Positions 19,097 through 28,432 of a DNA stretch of 64,000 nt are shown here, piece after piece. How positions within the stretch are numbered: position 1 is the first letter of the stretch; each line of letters begins with the position of its first letter. This DNA is from a virus. Taxonomy: Duplodnaviria; Heunggongvirae; Uroviricota; Caudoviricetes. Made by a program: the position numbers and the translations under genes. Under the pieces are notes generated by a model, which was not told the origin of the DNA, made no database searches, and worked only from the letters and a program-made list of their open reading frames with translations. Where the stretch lies: positions 156,088-220,087 of the IMG/VR virus record IMGVR_UViG_3300028887_000001; one strand, 5' to 3'.

Positions 19097-19516
19097 TTAC
19101 ATAAATGGACAAGCATAAGGTATCTTGAGTGGGTCTACAGAACCATCGTATTGGCCTTCTGACCTATTCAATGACGTATCAACAACAACATCAATGCCAT
19201 ATTGCTTGTTTGGGCCATACAGTGAACGTGCTGTCATGACGTCTCTTGCAGCATAATCACAGTCATTACCGCCATCGTCAGTGTTAAATAAGCCAGACAT
19301 TTGGCTTCTAGGTTTTGTCATGTCAGGTACAATCCACCCATGACCAGCAAAATCACCTGTACCCTTACCTCTTTCGTCGCCATCTGCGAGAGCGTCTTTG
19401 TGTTGAGCGTTGTACTCGTTATTTGGGTTATAATCACTTCTACCCATTTGTTCATGACGAAGGTCAAGGGCTTCCTGTTCAAGATAGCTTTGTCCGTTTT
19501 CTTTAATTGTTGCCAT
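19097..19516 (-). CDS. hypothetical protein (139 aa)
   Basis: ORF. Confidence 0.4.
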   Translation of the reverse strand: MATIKENGQSYLEQEALDLRHEQMGRSDYNPNNEYNAQHKDALADGDERGKGTGDFAGHGWIVPDMTKPRSQMSGLFNTDDGGNDCDYAARDVMTARSLYGPNKQYGIDVVVDTSLNRSEGQYDGSVDPLKIPYACPFM

Positions 19517-19556
19517 ATTTTATGTTTTATAATTTTATTTATTATTATATAAATAG

Positions 19557-19913
19557 TTATTTTCCAAGTTCATTGTCGAATACATCGAATTCTGGCAGAT
19601 AATCAATCAGTGAACTTGTTTTTGGTACAAACCATTTGTTACAATTCCTCATTTGATGGTATTCTATACCCTGATAAGGATAGAATTCAGAATAATATTG
19701 GTTTGTCCTTGTTATATTCCTTAATATTCTTCCAGATACCTCAAGAGGTGTAATCGTTGAACCCTGGTTATAGAATATGTCATCATGTTCTCGATTTTCA
19801 TAATCAATACCGAGTTCTCTTAGAGTGTTGTGAACAAAACTGTTTACTTCCTGTTTTATGCCACCAACAATCTCACTCTTTAGGCTTCTGCTATTCACCT
19901 TTCTTGGTAACAT
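19557..19913 (-). CDS. hypothetical protein (118 aa)
   Basis: ORF. Confidence 0.4.
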   Translation of the reverse strand: MLPRKVNSRSLKSEIVGGIKQEVNSFVHNTLRELGIDYENREHDDIFYNQGSTITPLEVSGRILRNITRTNQYYSEFYPYQGIEYHQMRNCNKWFVPKTSSLIDYLPEFDVFDNELGK

Positions 19914-19914
19914 T

Positions 19915-20418
19915 TTATATCATCTTTTTTATCTTATTGACAAATTCCTTGTCTTCTACTGTAATTTCACGCTTCCCAAGCTTTATTACTTTTTGTGGCT
20001 CTTGCGGGTGTGTGTCCTTTTTCTCTAATTTTGGAACTTCTGGGACAACCCCAACTTTCTTTACTGAGTTTCTTAAGCTCTCCAATTTATTATGCGCAAA
20101 ATCCCTCATAAGGTCACCGCCAATCATATCATATTCTGCATTATTGTTTTGCTGCATATTTCTAATATCAAAATCAATCCTTTTAAGGTCTGAGAATGAT
20201 ATTGTATATTTCTCATTATGCTGCCTATCCTTTTTATCAGTTGGGTTATTGTATTCTTTATCCAACAATGCATGAAGGCGTTTGTAACCTTTTGTTTTCT
20301 TATACTGGTCACCAGAATATAGTTTCAACCTCTCCTTGAGGCAATCAACGAGATATTGTGGTAATATTATCTGATTATCACTAAATCTGGTGTTTTCGTC
20401 TTCTAATATCAGTGCCAT
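19915..20418 (-). CDS. hypothetical protein (167 aa)
   Basis: ORF. Confidence 0.4.
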   Translation of the reverse strand: MALILEDENTRFSDNQIILPQYLVDCLKERLKLYSGDQYKKTKGYKRLHALLDKEYNNPTDKKDRQHNEKYTISFSDLKRIDFDIRNMQQNNNAEYDMIGGDLMRDFAHNKLESLRNSVKKVGVVPEVPKLEKKDTHPQEPQKVIKLGKREITVEDKEFVNKIKKMI

Positions 20419-20421
20419 ATT

Positions 20422-20661
20422 CTATCCTCTTCTAAATACAACTGGTCCCGTCCAATTATTCTGATTGCATAGTGTACCGGCGTCCTCATCAGTAGAAACC
20501 TCTTTTCCGTATTTCTTGTTTCCGTCAGGGTCTGTTATTGTTGCGCTATTGCCAACCTCTGAGCCTTTGTATTCCTTTACATTTCCACCGTTCAATTGGA
20601 CTTCTCCTTCAACGAGCCTCTGGAAAATGTCAAGTTGACTTTCGTTTATTATTATTTTCAT
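20422..20661 (-). CDS. small protein (79 aa) of the ESQL-motif family
   Basis: N-terminus MKIIINESQLDIFQRLVEGEV. Confidence 0.4.
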   Translation of the reverse strand: MKIIINESQLDIFQRLVEGEVQLNGGNVKEYKGSEVGNSATITDPDGNKKYGKEVSTDEDAGTLCNQNNWTGPVVFRRG

Positions 20662-20703
20662 TGTAGTAGACTAATATATAATAAATATTAAAAAAACATA
20701 TTA

Positions 20704-20738
20704 CTAAAAGAAAAAGAGGCGTTTAAACCTCTTTTTTA
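20704..20738 (-). terminator. rho-independent terminator overlapping the dNMP kinase stop codon
   Basis: aagagg/cctctt hairpin with flanking A/T runs on both strands. Confidence 0.5.
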
Positions 20739-21583
20739 TAATATTTTTTCCAACTTTCCATTACAAATGGGTCTCCGCCATCACCAATAAATCCATTGTG
20801 GTCATCATTTTCAACAATTTCATCTGGTATTTTTATGCTTTTGTTAAAATCTGGAAATTGTCTATAAACAAATAGTTTGCCCATATTTACATCATTCATT
20901 TGTGTGTGTGGGTTTATAAACAATGCAGACAAAAGCCAATTTCTCATAGCCTCTGTAATATCACCGTATTCAAGATAGCATTTCCATTTCTTCCTGAAAT
21001 CCTCAAGCGTTCCGTTATTTACAATTACCATATAATCGAAATCAAGATACGATAATGAATTCTCACTTGGGTGATTGCTTATGTTGTCAGTTTTATTCCT
21101 TATGATAAACCAACATTGAGCGCCCATTTCCTTTAGCGCTTTTAATTCATTTGGAAACCTTGTATCGTCAATAACATATTTCTTTTCGTCATCCATTGTT
21201 GCAAATGTCTTCCTTACATGCCAGTCAGGGTCTTTTTCTCTTATTATATCCGTACCAATAACCTGTAACCAATCCCTTCCGGTAGAATACTCTGTTATTG
21301 CCTTACATTTATCAATAAGGTATTCCCTATCAAAACCGGTTTCCTGTTCAAGAATGGTTATCATAACATCATCAACAGTTTTGCCAATTGACTTGTTTTT
21401 ATATGAATTTAACTCATCAATTGATTGTAGATTTAAAAGTGAGCATACTAGTTTTTTCAAAGCTGTTGCGAAACTTCTTTTTTCATACCCATTTTCAACA
21501 CATATGTTTGCCAATTCTGTCTTTCCACTCTCCTTTCTTCCTGAGAATGATATAATGTTATGTTGTCTACTCTTGTTTTTCAT
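20723..21583 (-). CDS. P-loop kinase resembling phage deoxynucleoside monophosphate kinase (T4 gp1-like)
   Basis: N-terminal IISFSGRKESGKTE P-loop resembles T4 dNMP kinase LSGVKRSGKD. Confidence 0.5.
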   Translation of the reverse strand: MKNKSRQHNIISFSGRKESGKTELANICVENGYEKRSFATALKKLVCSLLNLQSIDELNSYKNKSIGKTVDDVMITILEQETGFDREYLIDKCKAITEYSTGRDWLQVIGTDIIREKDPDWHVRKTFATMDDEKKYVIDDTRFPNELKALKEMGAQCWFIIRNKTDNISNHPSENSLSYLDFDYMVIVNNGTLEDFRKKWKCYLEYGDITEAMRNWLLSALFINPHTQMNDVNMGKLFVYRQFPDFNKSIKIPDEIVENDDHNGFIGDGGDPFVMESWKKYYKKEV

Positions 21584-21725
21584 CTCTTAATTCTAATATA
21601 AGTCTATAATTTCCTTTATCATCCATTCTTGTTATGCTTACAACCCTATATGGCTCATAGTCATAACCCATTAGAGCATATCTATATTCAGATTCATCTA
21701 TTTTTTTACTAATTATTTTATCCAT
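21567..21725 (-). CDS. possible small ORF (52 aa) filling the kinase/helicase gap
   Basis: Hand translation gives MDKIISKKIDESEYRYALMGYDYEPYRVVSITRMDDKGNYRLILELRDEKQE; it overlaps the kinase start in a different frame. Below the ORF-track cutoff. Confidence 0.25.
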   Translation of the reverse strand: MDKIISKKIDESEYRYALMGYDYEPYRVVSITRMDDKGNYRLILELRDEKQE

Positions 21726-21760
21726 GCTGTTTTAGGTTTCCTAACATGGATAAATATCAC

Positions 21761-23542
21761 TCAAAGTAATTTCTTTCTTCTTATTTTTTGTGGTTGAAAT
21801 GCGCTAATACTTCTCTTGCTTGTTATATTTCCCAAATCTATTGACTTTCCCTTAATACCATTTATTTTTGTTGGGTTGGAAATAATTTCTTTCGCTGTTT
21901 TTCTCTTTTTCCCTGTTAATTTCTCTAGTTTTCTCTTTACTTCTTCGATTTCAGAGGCTTTTTGCTGACCATTTGATGAATATACGGTAAATTCCTTCTC
22001 GTCCAAAAATGACAGGTTATTCTTTGCTCTTGTATAAGCAACATATTCAAGATTTGCCTCTTCTTCCAACTCCCATTCTTCCTTGGCACTCCTTAATGGT
22101 AACATTGATGGGCAACAGATGAAAACATTATCTGCTTCCAGGCCTTTTGCTTTATGTATTGTCGATAATTGGATTCCCTTCTTCTCCTTATCACTGAAAA
22201 GCTTCTTTATCTTATCAATTAATTCTTCTGCTGTCGAAACATCGTTTGATATTGCCTCCAATGCTTGTATTTTATCATATGTTGATGAAATATCCATGTC
22301 ATCCATTGCCATATCAAGCGTTATCTTATGTTTTTTCATTGTGACATCAATATCTCTTAACAAATCAGAATATAGACTGGAGAAAACGCCGACGGCTTCA
22401 AGGTCCTTATTCAGCTTTTCTTGTTTTGTTTTCTTGATTGACGTTATGAGGTTTGAACCAATATCCTTACCTCTTATATATGCCGGTTTTCCAAGTTTTG
22501 TTATTTCGCAATACAATTGAAGCAGTGGTGCATTCAGTCTGCATAAAACCATATCGCCATCCTGTATTTCATCAATACTAACATCATATTTAATCTCTCC
22601 GTTTGGGGCATCTTCCCTGGCTTCTATGCTTTGATTGAATCTTTTGGCCATGTTTACAACGGATTTTGAACATCTGTATGAAATTGACAGTGGCAGTGAT
22701 ATTGTGTTGGGAAGCTTTCTCAGTTCGTCAAAGCTTCTATAATCACTTCCCATGAATGAATATATGCATTGAACCTTTTCACCAAAGAATAACATCCTGG
22801 TTGATTCTTTTCTGCACATTAACAGTAACAGTCTCTCTGCTGTCATTGTGTCTTGGCACTCATCACATATTATCCAGTCATAATCACAACCTTCAGTGCT
22901 GCATTCAAGAACATTTGGAAGCCAAATCATATCAGTGAAATCGATTGTGGCAATATTATTCTTTCCCCATTCCATAATATCCAACGCAACCTCTTTCTCG
23001 TTTTCATATGTTGTTATGTGATAGTGTTTTTCCACAAATTCCAAATCATCAACCGTTTCACACAAGAAATATCTGCCATAATCAACAAGTCTTCTGACAT
23101 TGTCAATGTATTTCTCCCTATCTTTTTGTTCCAAGGTTGAATAATATCCATATGATAGGCTTTTGATGTTATTGTAGATATAACCGCTATATTTGAAAGT
23201 ATTTGGCTGTGGGTCTATTTTATGTGGATAATTCTGCCTTAGAATCATGTTTCCAAGGCTGTGGAGTGTTCTGCAATCAATATTCTCCTTGTTGGGAAGG
23301 TCTTTAATCCTACCAGTTAATTCGGTAACAATTTCCTTATTAAATGATGTAAGAAGAACTTTTTCACCATTTGTTAATAACTCAAGACACTTTAACGCCG
23401 TTGTGCTCTTGCCGCTACCAGCAACAGCTTCAATCACAGCATTTCCACTACCATTCTTAACAAAATCAAAAATAGCCTCCTGATATGTTGATGGTATGAA
23501 CTTCTTTTCTTCCTTTACTATCTTCTTCCTCTTCCTTCCCAT
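21761..23542 (-). CDS. UvrD/PcrA-like superfamily 1 DNA helicase
   Basis: Motif I AVAGSGKSTT, DExx-like IICDECQD, and C-terminal STIHKAKGLEADNVFI. Confidence 0.8.
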   Translation of the reverse strand: MGRKRKKIVKEEKKFIPSTYQEAIFDFVKNGSGNAVIEAVAGSGKSTTALKCLELLTNGEKVLLTSFNKEIVTELTGRIKDLPNKENIDCRTLHSLGNMILRQNYPHKIDPQPNTFKYSGYIYNNIKSLSYGYYSTLEQKDREKYIDNVRRLVDYGRYFLCETVDDLEFVEKHYHITTYENEKEVALDIMEWGKNNIATIDFTDMIWLPNVLECSTEGCDYDWIICDECQDTMTAERLLLLMCRKESTRMLFFGEKVQCIYSFMGSDYRSFDELRKLPNTISLPLSISYRCSKSVVNMAKRFNQSIEAREDAPNGEIKYDVSIDEIQDGDMVLCRLNAPLLQLYCEITKLGKPAYIRGKDIGSNLITSIKKTKQEKLNKDLEAVGVFSSLYSDLLRDIDVTMKKHKITLDMAMDDMDISSTYDKIQALEAISNDVSTAEELIDKIKKLFSDKEKKGIQLSTIHKAKGLEADNVFICCPSMLPLRSAKEEWELEEEANLEYVAYTRAKNNLSFLDEKEFTVYSSNGQQKASEIEEVKRKLEKLTGKKRKTAKEIISNPTKINGIKGKSIDLGNITSKRSISAFQPQKIRRKKLL

Positions 23543-24214
23543 TTAAATAAACTTTAAGAACTCATCTTCTAAGGATTTGAACATTCTCTCTGCCAACTCA
23601 AAAATACTTGTATTATCACCCACAGTATAATTTCCATAATCACTTGTATATTTTTCAATTGCCTTCTTGGTCATTTTCTTATCAACCAAATCGTTGAGCT
23701 TATTATAAAGGATACAAAGCAACTCTTTCCTATTGTTTAGGTAATCCTTATCAATTTCATCTTGCCATCCATTCTTGTAAACGTAGTACTTTAAATCACC
23801 ATCCGTTCTTGTGTCAAGATTTTCATCATTTTCGAACAGTTCTTTCATTGACTCACGTGCGACAACGTCATATTCCCTTTTAAACCATTCATTGTATTCA
23901 TCTTGTTCCGTTTTAAGGTCCTTCTCAAACACTTCTTTTGCCTTGATTGCCTCTTCCTTATCAATTTGATAATGTTCTGGAAGGTTTTCATTAACCTTGT
24001 CAATAAATTCCTCTTCTTCTGTTTGTTCCTTAATACATTTTTCATCAGAATAATCACCAAGAACCAGTGTTACTGATGAATACTTTCCTTCATCACCCCA
24101 ATTTTGCAATTCTACGCATTTAATTGACGAAAATGTTCCCTTTCTGTCACTTGTTGTCACCTCAATATCCCCATCAAAATCCTGGAGAATTTTAATTAAC
24201 TCAGAATTCTTCAT
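23543..24214 (-). CDS. hypothetical acidic protein (223 aa)
   Basis: ORF abutting the helicase gene; the promoter motif lies upstream. Confidence 0.45.
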   Translation of the reverse strand: MKNSELIKILQDFDGDIEVTTSDRKGTFSSIKCVELQNWGDEGKYSSVTLVLGDYSDEKCIKEQTEEEEFIDKVNENLPEHYQIDKEEAIKAKEVFEKDLKTEQDEYNEWFKREYDVVARESMKELFENDENLDTRTDGDLKYYVYKNGWQDEIDKDYLNNRKELLCILYNKLNDLVDKKMTKKAIEKYTSDYGNYTVGDNTSIFELAERMFKSLEDEFLKFI

Positions 24215-24230
24215 AATTAATATTTTATTT

Positions 24231-24256
24231 CTTGTGCAAAAATACTAAAATTATTT
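24231..24256 (-). promoter_or_regulatory. conserved promoter motif
   Basis: Forward cttgtgcaaaaatactaaaattattt lies about 17 nt upstream of the 24214 start. Confidence 0.55.
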
Positions 24257-24305
24257 GATATAATAAAGAAAAATAGAACTATTTATACTTAAAAAGCAAA
24301 ATATT

Positions 24306-24668
24306 ATGTCAAAGAACAATAAAATAAAGGAAGATAGACCCAATATCATAATCAGATTCTTCCAAAAATTACTTGACCCAACACAATTCACAAGCATAAA
24401 AAGCCTTGCAATGCTTGTTGCTATGGTAATATCTTTTGGCTTGTCAATATGCCTTGGCTATTCAATGATTTTGGATGCAAGAATGGATGGTGTCTTAAAC
24501 ATGGATTTAATTGATGCCGGTGTGTTTGTAGGCTGTCTTGGTTCATTTATGTCTCTTGCTTCTATACCTAAGGTTCTCGTTGATAGAATAAGGGCACAAA
24601 GAGGATTCCCATCTATGCATGAAGAATATAAGGAAGAGGATGAATACGAAGAGAAAAACGAAGATTAA
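24306..24668 (+). CDS. small membrane protein (120 aa)
   Basis: Two predicted transmembrane segments (LAMLVAMVISFGLSICLGYSMIL and VFVGCLGSFMSLASI). Confidence 0.4.
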   Translation: MSKNNKIKEDRPNIIIRFFQKLLDPTQFTSIKSLAMLVAMVISFGLSICLGYSMILDARMDGVLNMDLIDAGVFVGCLGSFMSLASIPKVLVDRIRAQRGFPSMHEEYKEEDEYEEKNED

Positions 24669-24704
24669 AAAGAAAATGACCACCTGAATTTGGGTGGTCA
24701 TTTG
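24666..24704. terminator. bidirectional terminator
   Basis: tgaccacc/ggtggtca hairpin between converging genes. Confidence 0.5.
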
Positions 24705-24715
24705 ATATATTAGTA

Positions 24716-25144
24716 TTAACTAGTTTTCCTATTTGTCTTTCGTTCTGGCATTGAGATTATTTCTATCTCAACAGGTACAACACCAGAATTTATCATCCCA
24801 AGCTTCATTGCTGCCCCTGTTGTCACATCAATTACCCTTCCTTTAATAAATGGACCCCTGTCGTTTATCCTAACGGTAACAGAATTGTTGTTTTTAAGGT
24901 TTGTTACCTTAACAATTGTCCCGAATGGGAGGGTTTTGTGTGCTGCTGTGTGAGCATCCTTGTTAAAATGCTCTCCATTTGCTGTTTTTCTTGTAGTTTT
25001 GTACTCACTTCCATAATAAGAAGCTTTTCCGGTTAGTTCATGTTTTGTTTCAACTTTTTGCGTTGTTTGGATTGAATCCGACTGTGCATTGATTACGCTC
25101 ATGGCTGTAAACATAAATGCGATTGTTAACATTAGTTTCTTCAT
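24716..25144 (-). CDS. RlpA-like double-psi beta-barrel lytic transglycosylase-like lipoprotein
   Basis: [68 protein letters not shown] aligns with the RlpA DPBB domain. The probable true start is [21 protein letters not shown] at 25144; the ORF track extends to 25183 through an alternative start. Confidence 0.75.
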   Translation of the reverse strand: MKKLMLTIAFMFTAMSVINAQSDSIQTTQKVETKHELTGKASYYGSEYKTTRKTANGEHFNKDAHTAAHKTLPFGTIVKVTNLKNNNSVTVRINDRGPFIKGRVIDVTTGAAMKLGMINSGVVPVEIEIISMPERKTNRKTS

Positions 25145-25160
25145 CTTTTTAAAATTTAGT

Positions 25161-25230
25161 GTGGGGATAAAGCATCCTGCCAAAAGGCCTCCTGCTGATG
25201 GTGCTATTCGAGGCCTTATATTCCCCTTAT
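25161..25230 (-). other. GC-rich nested inverted repeat in the 5' leader of the RlpA-like gene
   Basis: Outer stem gggga/tcccc and inner stem aaggcctc/gaggcctt (8 bp) with an 18-nt loop; GC-rich against an AT-rich background. Confidence 0.4.
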
Positions 25231-25238
25231 TATTGTTT

Positions 25239-25577
25239 TTAATTGTTTAAAGAACTTCCAGCCTTAGATATTTTATTGATTATCCATTTATCTATGGCAT
25301 CTTCAAGAAATTCATCTCTTTCATCTTTCGGTAATATATCTCTGAATTTTTGCTGAACATCATAAAACACCCCTTGTTTATCAAGTGACCTTTTTGGTGT
25401 GCCGTTCTCTATTTTTACATAACACTCAGTTTGATTTGCATCGTTAAGATTACCCTTCTTGAAATTATCATCAAGGTATTTTTTGACCAATAACCTTTTC
25501 TCATTATAGTCAAACTCTTCTTTGAGTATGTTATTGAGAATGATTTGTTCTTGATTTTCTGTTATAGTTACTTTCAC
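25239..25577 (-). CDS. hypothetical protein (112 aa) of the ESQL-motif family
   Basis: N-terminus [18 protein letters not shown]. Confidence 0.4.
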   Translation of the reverse strand: MKVTITENQEQIILNNILKEEFDYNEKRLLVKKYLDDNFKKGNLNDANQTECYVKIENGTPKRSLDKQGVFYDVQQKFRDILPKDERDEFLEDAIDKWIINKISKAGSSLNN

Positions 25578-25617
25578 TGTTATTCTACTTTTATGTATAA
25601 ATAGTCCGTTTTTAACT

Positions 25618-25803
25618 TTAACAGCCGTTGTTTAATCTCTTATCGATTTCCTCGGACATTATCCAAGCCATTTCAACCGCTCTTTTTGCTGATATATCAC
25701 TTGCCGTTCTGTCACATATTTTAGAAAATATTGAACTATCAGATGACATGATACCATTTATTATCTGACCAGCCAAATTAACTATTTCTTCTCTTTTTTC
25801 CAT
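25618..25803 (-). CDS. hypothetical small protein (61 aa)
   Basis: ATG at 25803 (MEKREEIVNL...) sits just downstream of a TAATTTTG -7 box; the ORF-track TTG start at 25827 overlaps that box. Confidence 0.35.
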   Translation of the reverse strand: MEKREEIVNLAGQIINGIMSSDSSIFSKICDRTASDISAKRAVEMAWIMSEEIDKRLNNGC

Positions 25804-25902
25804 ATCTGAATCGAATTTCGAGCGCAAAATTATAACAATTTTCTTAATTATCCAAATTTGTTTAGTATAATTAACATTTTTTCATGGTTTTGTTAACTAT
25901 AA

Positions 25903-28410
25903 TTAACATTTCTCCACTTTTGCAACCACTTCATTGTTCTCATCAACGGTAACACTATATGAACTTTTATGCTTATTGCTCGATAATACAAGGTCAACAA
26001 CTTTATCTGATATATTGTCTTGTATAATCCTCATTATTGGCCTTGCACCATACTCTTTTTGCTCTAACGCTTGCTTATAAACATATTCTACAATCTTGTC
26101 ATCGTATTTGAGTTCTATATTATTTTCCTTTACCCTGTTACACAGCTTATTTAATTCGATACCGACAATTGTATGTATATTGTCGTCTGTTAATGCGTTA
26201 AAATGGACAATCTTGTCAATTCTATTAAGGAACTCTGGATTGAACTTTGATTTAAGGCTCTTTTCAATTATGGCTCTCTTGTTTTCATCCTCATTCCTAA
26301 TAAATCCGATTCCGCCTCCAAGTTCGGTTGCTTTCTTCGCACCAACATTTGATGTCATAATAACAATTACATTCTTGAAGTTAACTGTCGTTCCGTTATT
26401 GTCTGTTAATCTGCCCTCATCAAACAGTTGGAGAAATAGGTTATAAATACTTTCGTCTGCCTTCTCAATTTCATCAAACAACAGCACACAATACGGCTTA
26501 TTCTTAATGGCTTCTGTTAGCAAACCACCATTGTCATAACCAACATATCCAGCACTCGCACCAATTAGTTTATTGATTGCAGATTTATCCTGATATTCAC
26601 TCATGTCAAAACGAACAAGACAATCTTCACTTCCAAATATGTTTTCTGCCAGCTTCTTTGAAATTAATGTCTTTCCTATGCCACTTTGTCCAAGAAACAA
26701 CAATGTTGCCATAACCTTTGACTTATCACCGAATCCAGCCCTGGCTCTTTTTATCGCCTTTGATATTTCTTCTATCGCTTCATCCTGACCAATCACATCC
26801 TTCTTCAATATATCAGATATGTGCAGTATCGTTTCCTTTTCGTTGGCCTTTAATTTTGATACTGGTATGTTGCTTATTGTGGAAACCGTTACGGCAATAT
26901 CGTCTTCAGTTGCTTTTAACCAAGTCGAATCATCTTTATTTATATCTCTCTTTATATCACTTAATTCCTTATTTATTGCGCTTTCTTTTTTTGATATTTC
27001 ATCAAGTTTCTCAAAATCGCCACAATTCATTGCGGTAATCTTCTCTTCATCCATCTTAGAAAGCTTCTCTTTGAGTTTCTTAATGCTTTTTTCTTGCCTG
27101 TTATTTAATGATATGCTTGCACCAGTAAGGTCTATAACATCAATTGCAGAATCTGGTAAATTATTGTTTGTTATGTACCTTTTTGCAAGGGTTATTGTCT
27201 TATAAAGAACATCGTCATTGAATTTAACGTGATGGAAATTCTCATAATATGATTTATTGTGCTTTAAGATTTCAAATGTTTCTTCCTTTGTTGATGGTTC
27301 GACAATTATCTTCTGTAGTTTTGTTGAGAGTGCTGAATTATTCTCAATTCCGTTTCTGTAATCCTTGAACGATATGGTTCCAACAACTCTTACATCACCC
27401 TCAGAAAGGATTTTACCGATAACATCTGTCAGGTCTCCATCTTTATCCTTTCCAGTGTTTCTTACAACATTTTGCATGTCATCTATAAAGAGGATATAAT
27501 TTGGATTATTCTTTAATTCCCTGAATAAACCATCAACACGCTCTTCAAACATACCCCTTAAGTGTGTGCCACTAATGAGAGCCATAACATCAAGCATAAT
27601 AACCTGTTTTCCAGTTAATATCTCAGGAACATTTCCATTGTCAATCATTTCAGCAAGCTTATAACCAATACTTGTCTTACCAACACCAGGTTTACCAACC
27701 AATATTACATTGTTCTTCTTTCTCCTTGATAAAACCTTTATAATGTTGTTTAAGATATCATCCCTTCCAATAAGTTTGTCATAATGGCCATTGATTATCT
27801 CATCGTGAAGATTAATTGTATACTTATTGATGTTTGGAGTTGCACCATTTCTTACTGGTGTTGTAGCATGAATTTCTGACTTTAATGGTATTTTTGTATC
27901 ATTATGGTTATTATTGATATAACGTCTTCTGTTTTGCTCGTTGGAACTTTCTTCCTCAATCTCACCAACCTTTTCTTCAACGTAATCATATTGCAGACCA
28001 GACTTTAATAGTTCCCTTGCACAATTAAATTCATAATCCCTGTTAATCAACGCCAACAAGACATGTTCGGTTCCAACAATACTTACATCCCTTGCTGATG
28101 CTTCCTTACCGGAACAAACCATTAACTGCGTCAACTCTTTGTTAAACCTTTTCTCCTGGTTATCAAGCAATGGCTTCCTCTTATATGACTTTATCTCATC
28201 ATAATAATACTGACGAAGATATTCCATATTCTCAGACATCAAAACATTATCCATTATAATATTAGCATGGCATGTTGCATTGTCAAGAATAGACAATATT
28301 AGATATTCCGCAGTATATTCGTTTGTCGGAAACTCATTATTTAATACCTCATCAATATAATTTAAAACATCAATAAGTTCTTGTGAATTCTTTATTTCCA
28401 TTTCTCCCAA
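25903..28410 (-). CDS. ClpA/ClpB/ClpC-family Hsp100 AAA+ chaperone (two ATPase domains, Clp N-domain, coiled-coil middle region)
   Basis: D1 Walker A LVGKPGVGKTS, D2 Walker A FLGQSGIGKTL, sensor GYVGYDNGG, ClpB-like LIGRDDIL signature, coiled-coil insert between D1 and D2. Confidence 0.8.
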   Translation of the reverse strand: MGEMEIKNSQELIDVLNYIDEVLNNEFPTNEYTAEYLILSILDNATCHANIIMDNVLMSENMEYLRQYYYDEIKSYKRKPLLDNQEKRFNKELTQLMVCSGKEASARDVSIVGTEHVLLALINRDYEFNCARELLKSGLQYDYVEEKVGEIEEESSNEQNRRRYINNNHNDTKIPLKSEIHATTPVRNGATPNINKYTINLHDEIINGHYDKLIGRDDILNNIIKVLSRRKKNNVILVGKPGVGKTSIGYKLAEMIDNGNVPEILTGKQVIMLDVMALISGTHLRGMFEERVDGLFRELKNNPNYILFIDDMQNVVRNTGKDKDGDLTDVIGKILSEGDVRVVGTISFKDYRNGIENNSALSTKLQKIIVEPSTKEETFEILKHNKSYYENFHHVKFNDDVLYKTITLAKRYITNNNLPDSAIDVIDLTGASISLNNRQEKSIKKLKEKLSKMDEEKITAMNCGDFEKLDEISKKESAINKELSDIKRDINKDDSTWLKATEDDIAVTVSTISNIPVSKLKANEKETILHISDILKKDVIGQDEAIEEISKAIKRARAGFGDKSKVMATLLFLGQSGIGKTLISKKLAENIFGSEDCLVRFDMSEYQDKSAINKLIGASAGYVGYDNGGLLTEAIKNKPYCVLLFDEIEKADESIYNLFLQLFDEGRLTDNNGTTVNFKNVIVIMTSNVGAKKATELGGGIGFIRNEDENKRAIIEKSLKSKFNPEFLNRIDKIVHFNALTDDNIHTIVGIELNKLCNRVKENNIELKYDDKIVEYVYKQALEQKEYGARPIMRIIQDNISDKVVDLVLSSNKHKSSYSVTVDENNEVVAKVEKC

Positions 28411-28432
28411 TTAATCATCATTAATTATATAA

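Noticed and set aside
25867-25911. 14-bp direct repeat tataattaacattt (two copies 31 bp apart) as an operator
   Set aside because: One copy overlaps the ClpB-like stop codon and the repeat is A/T-rich enough to arise by chance. It is noted, but the support is too weak to call a regulatory site.
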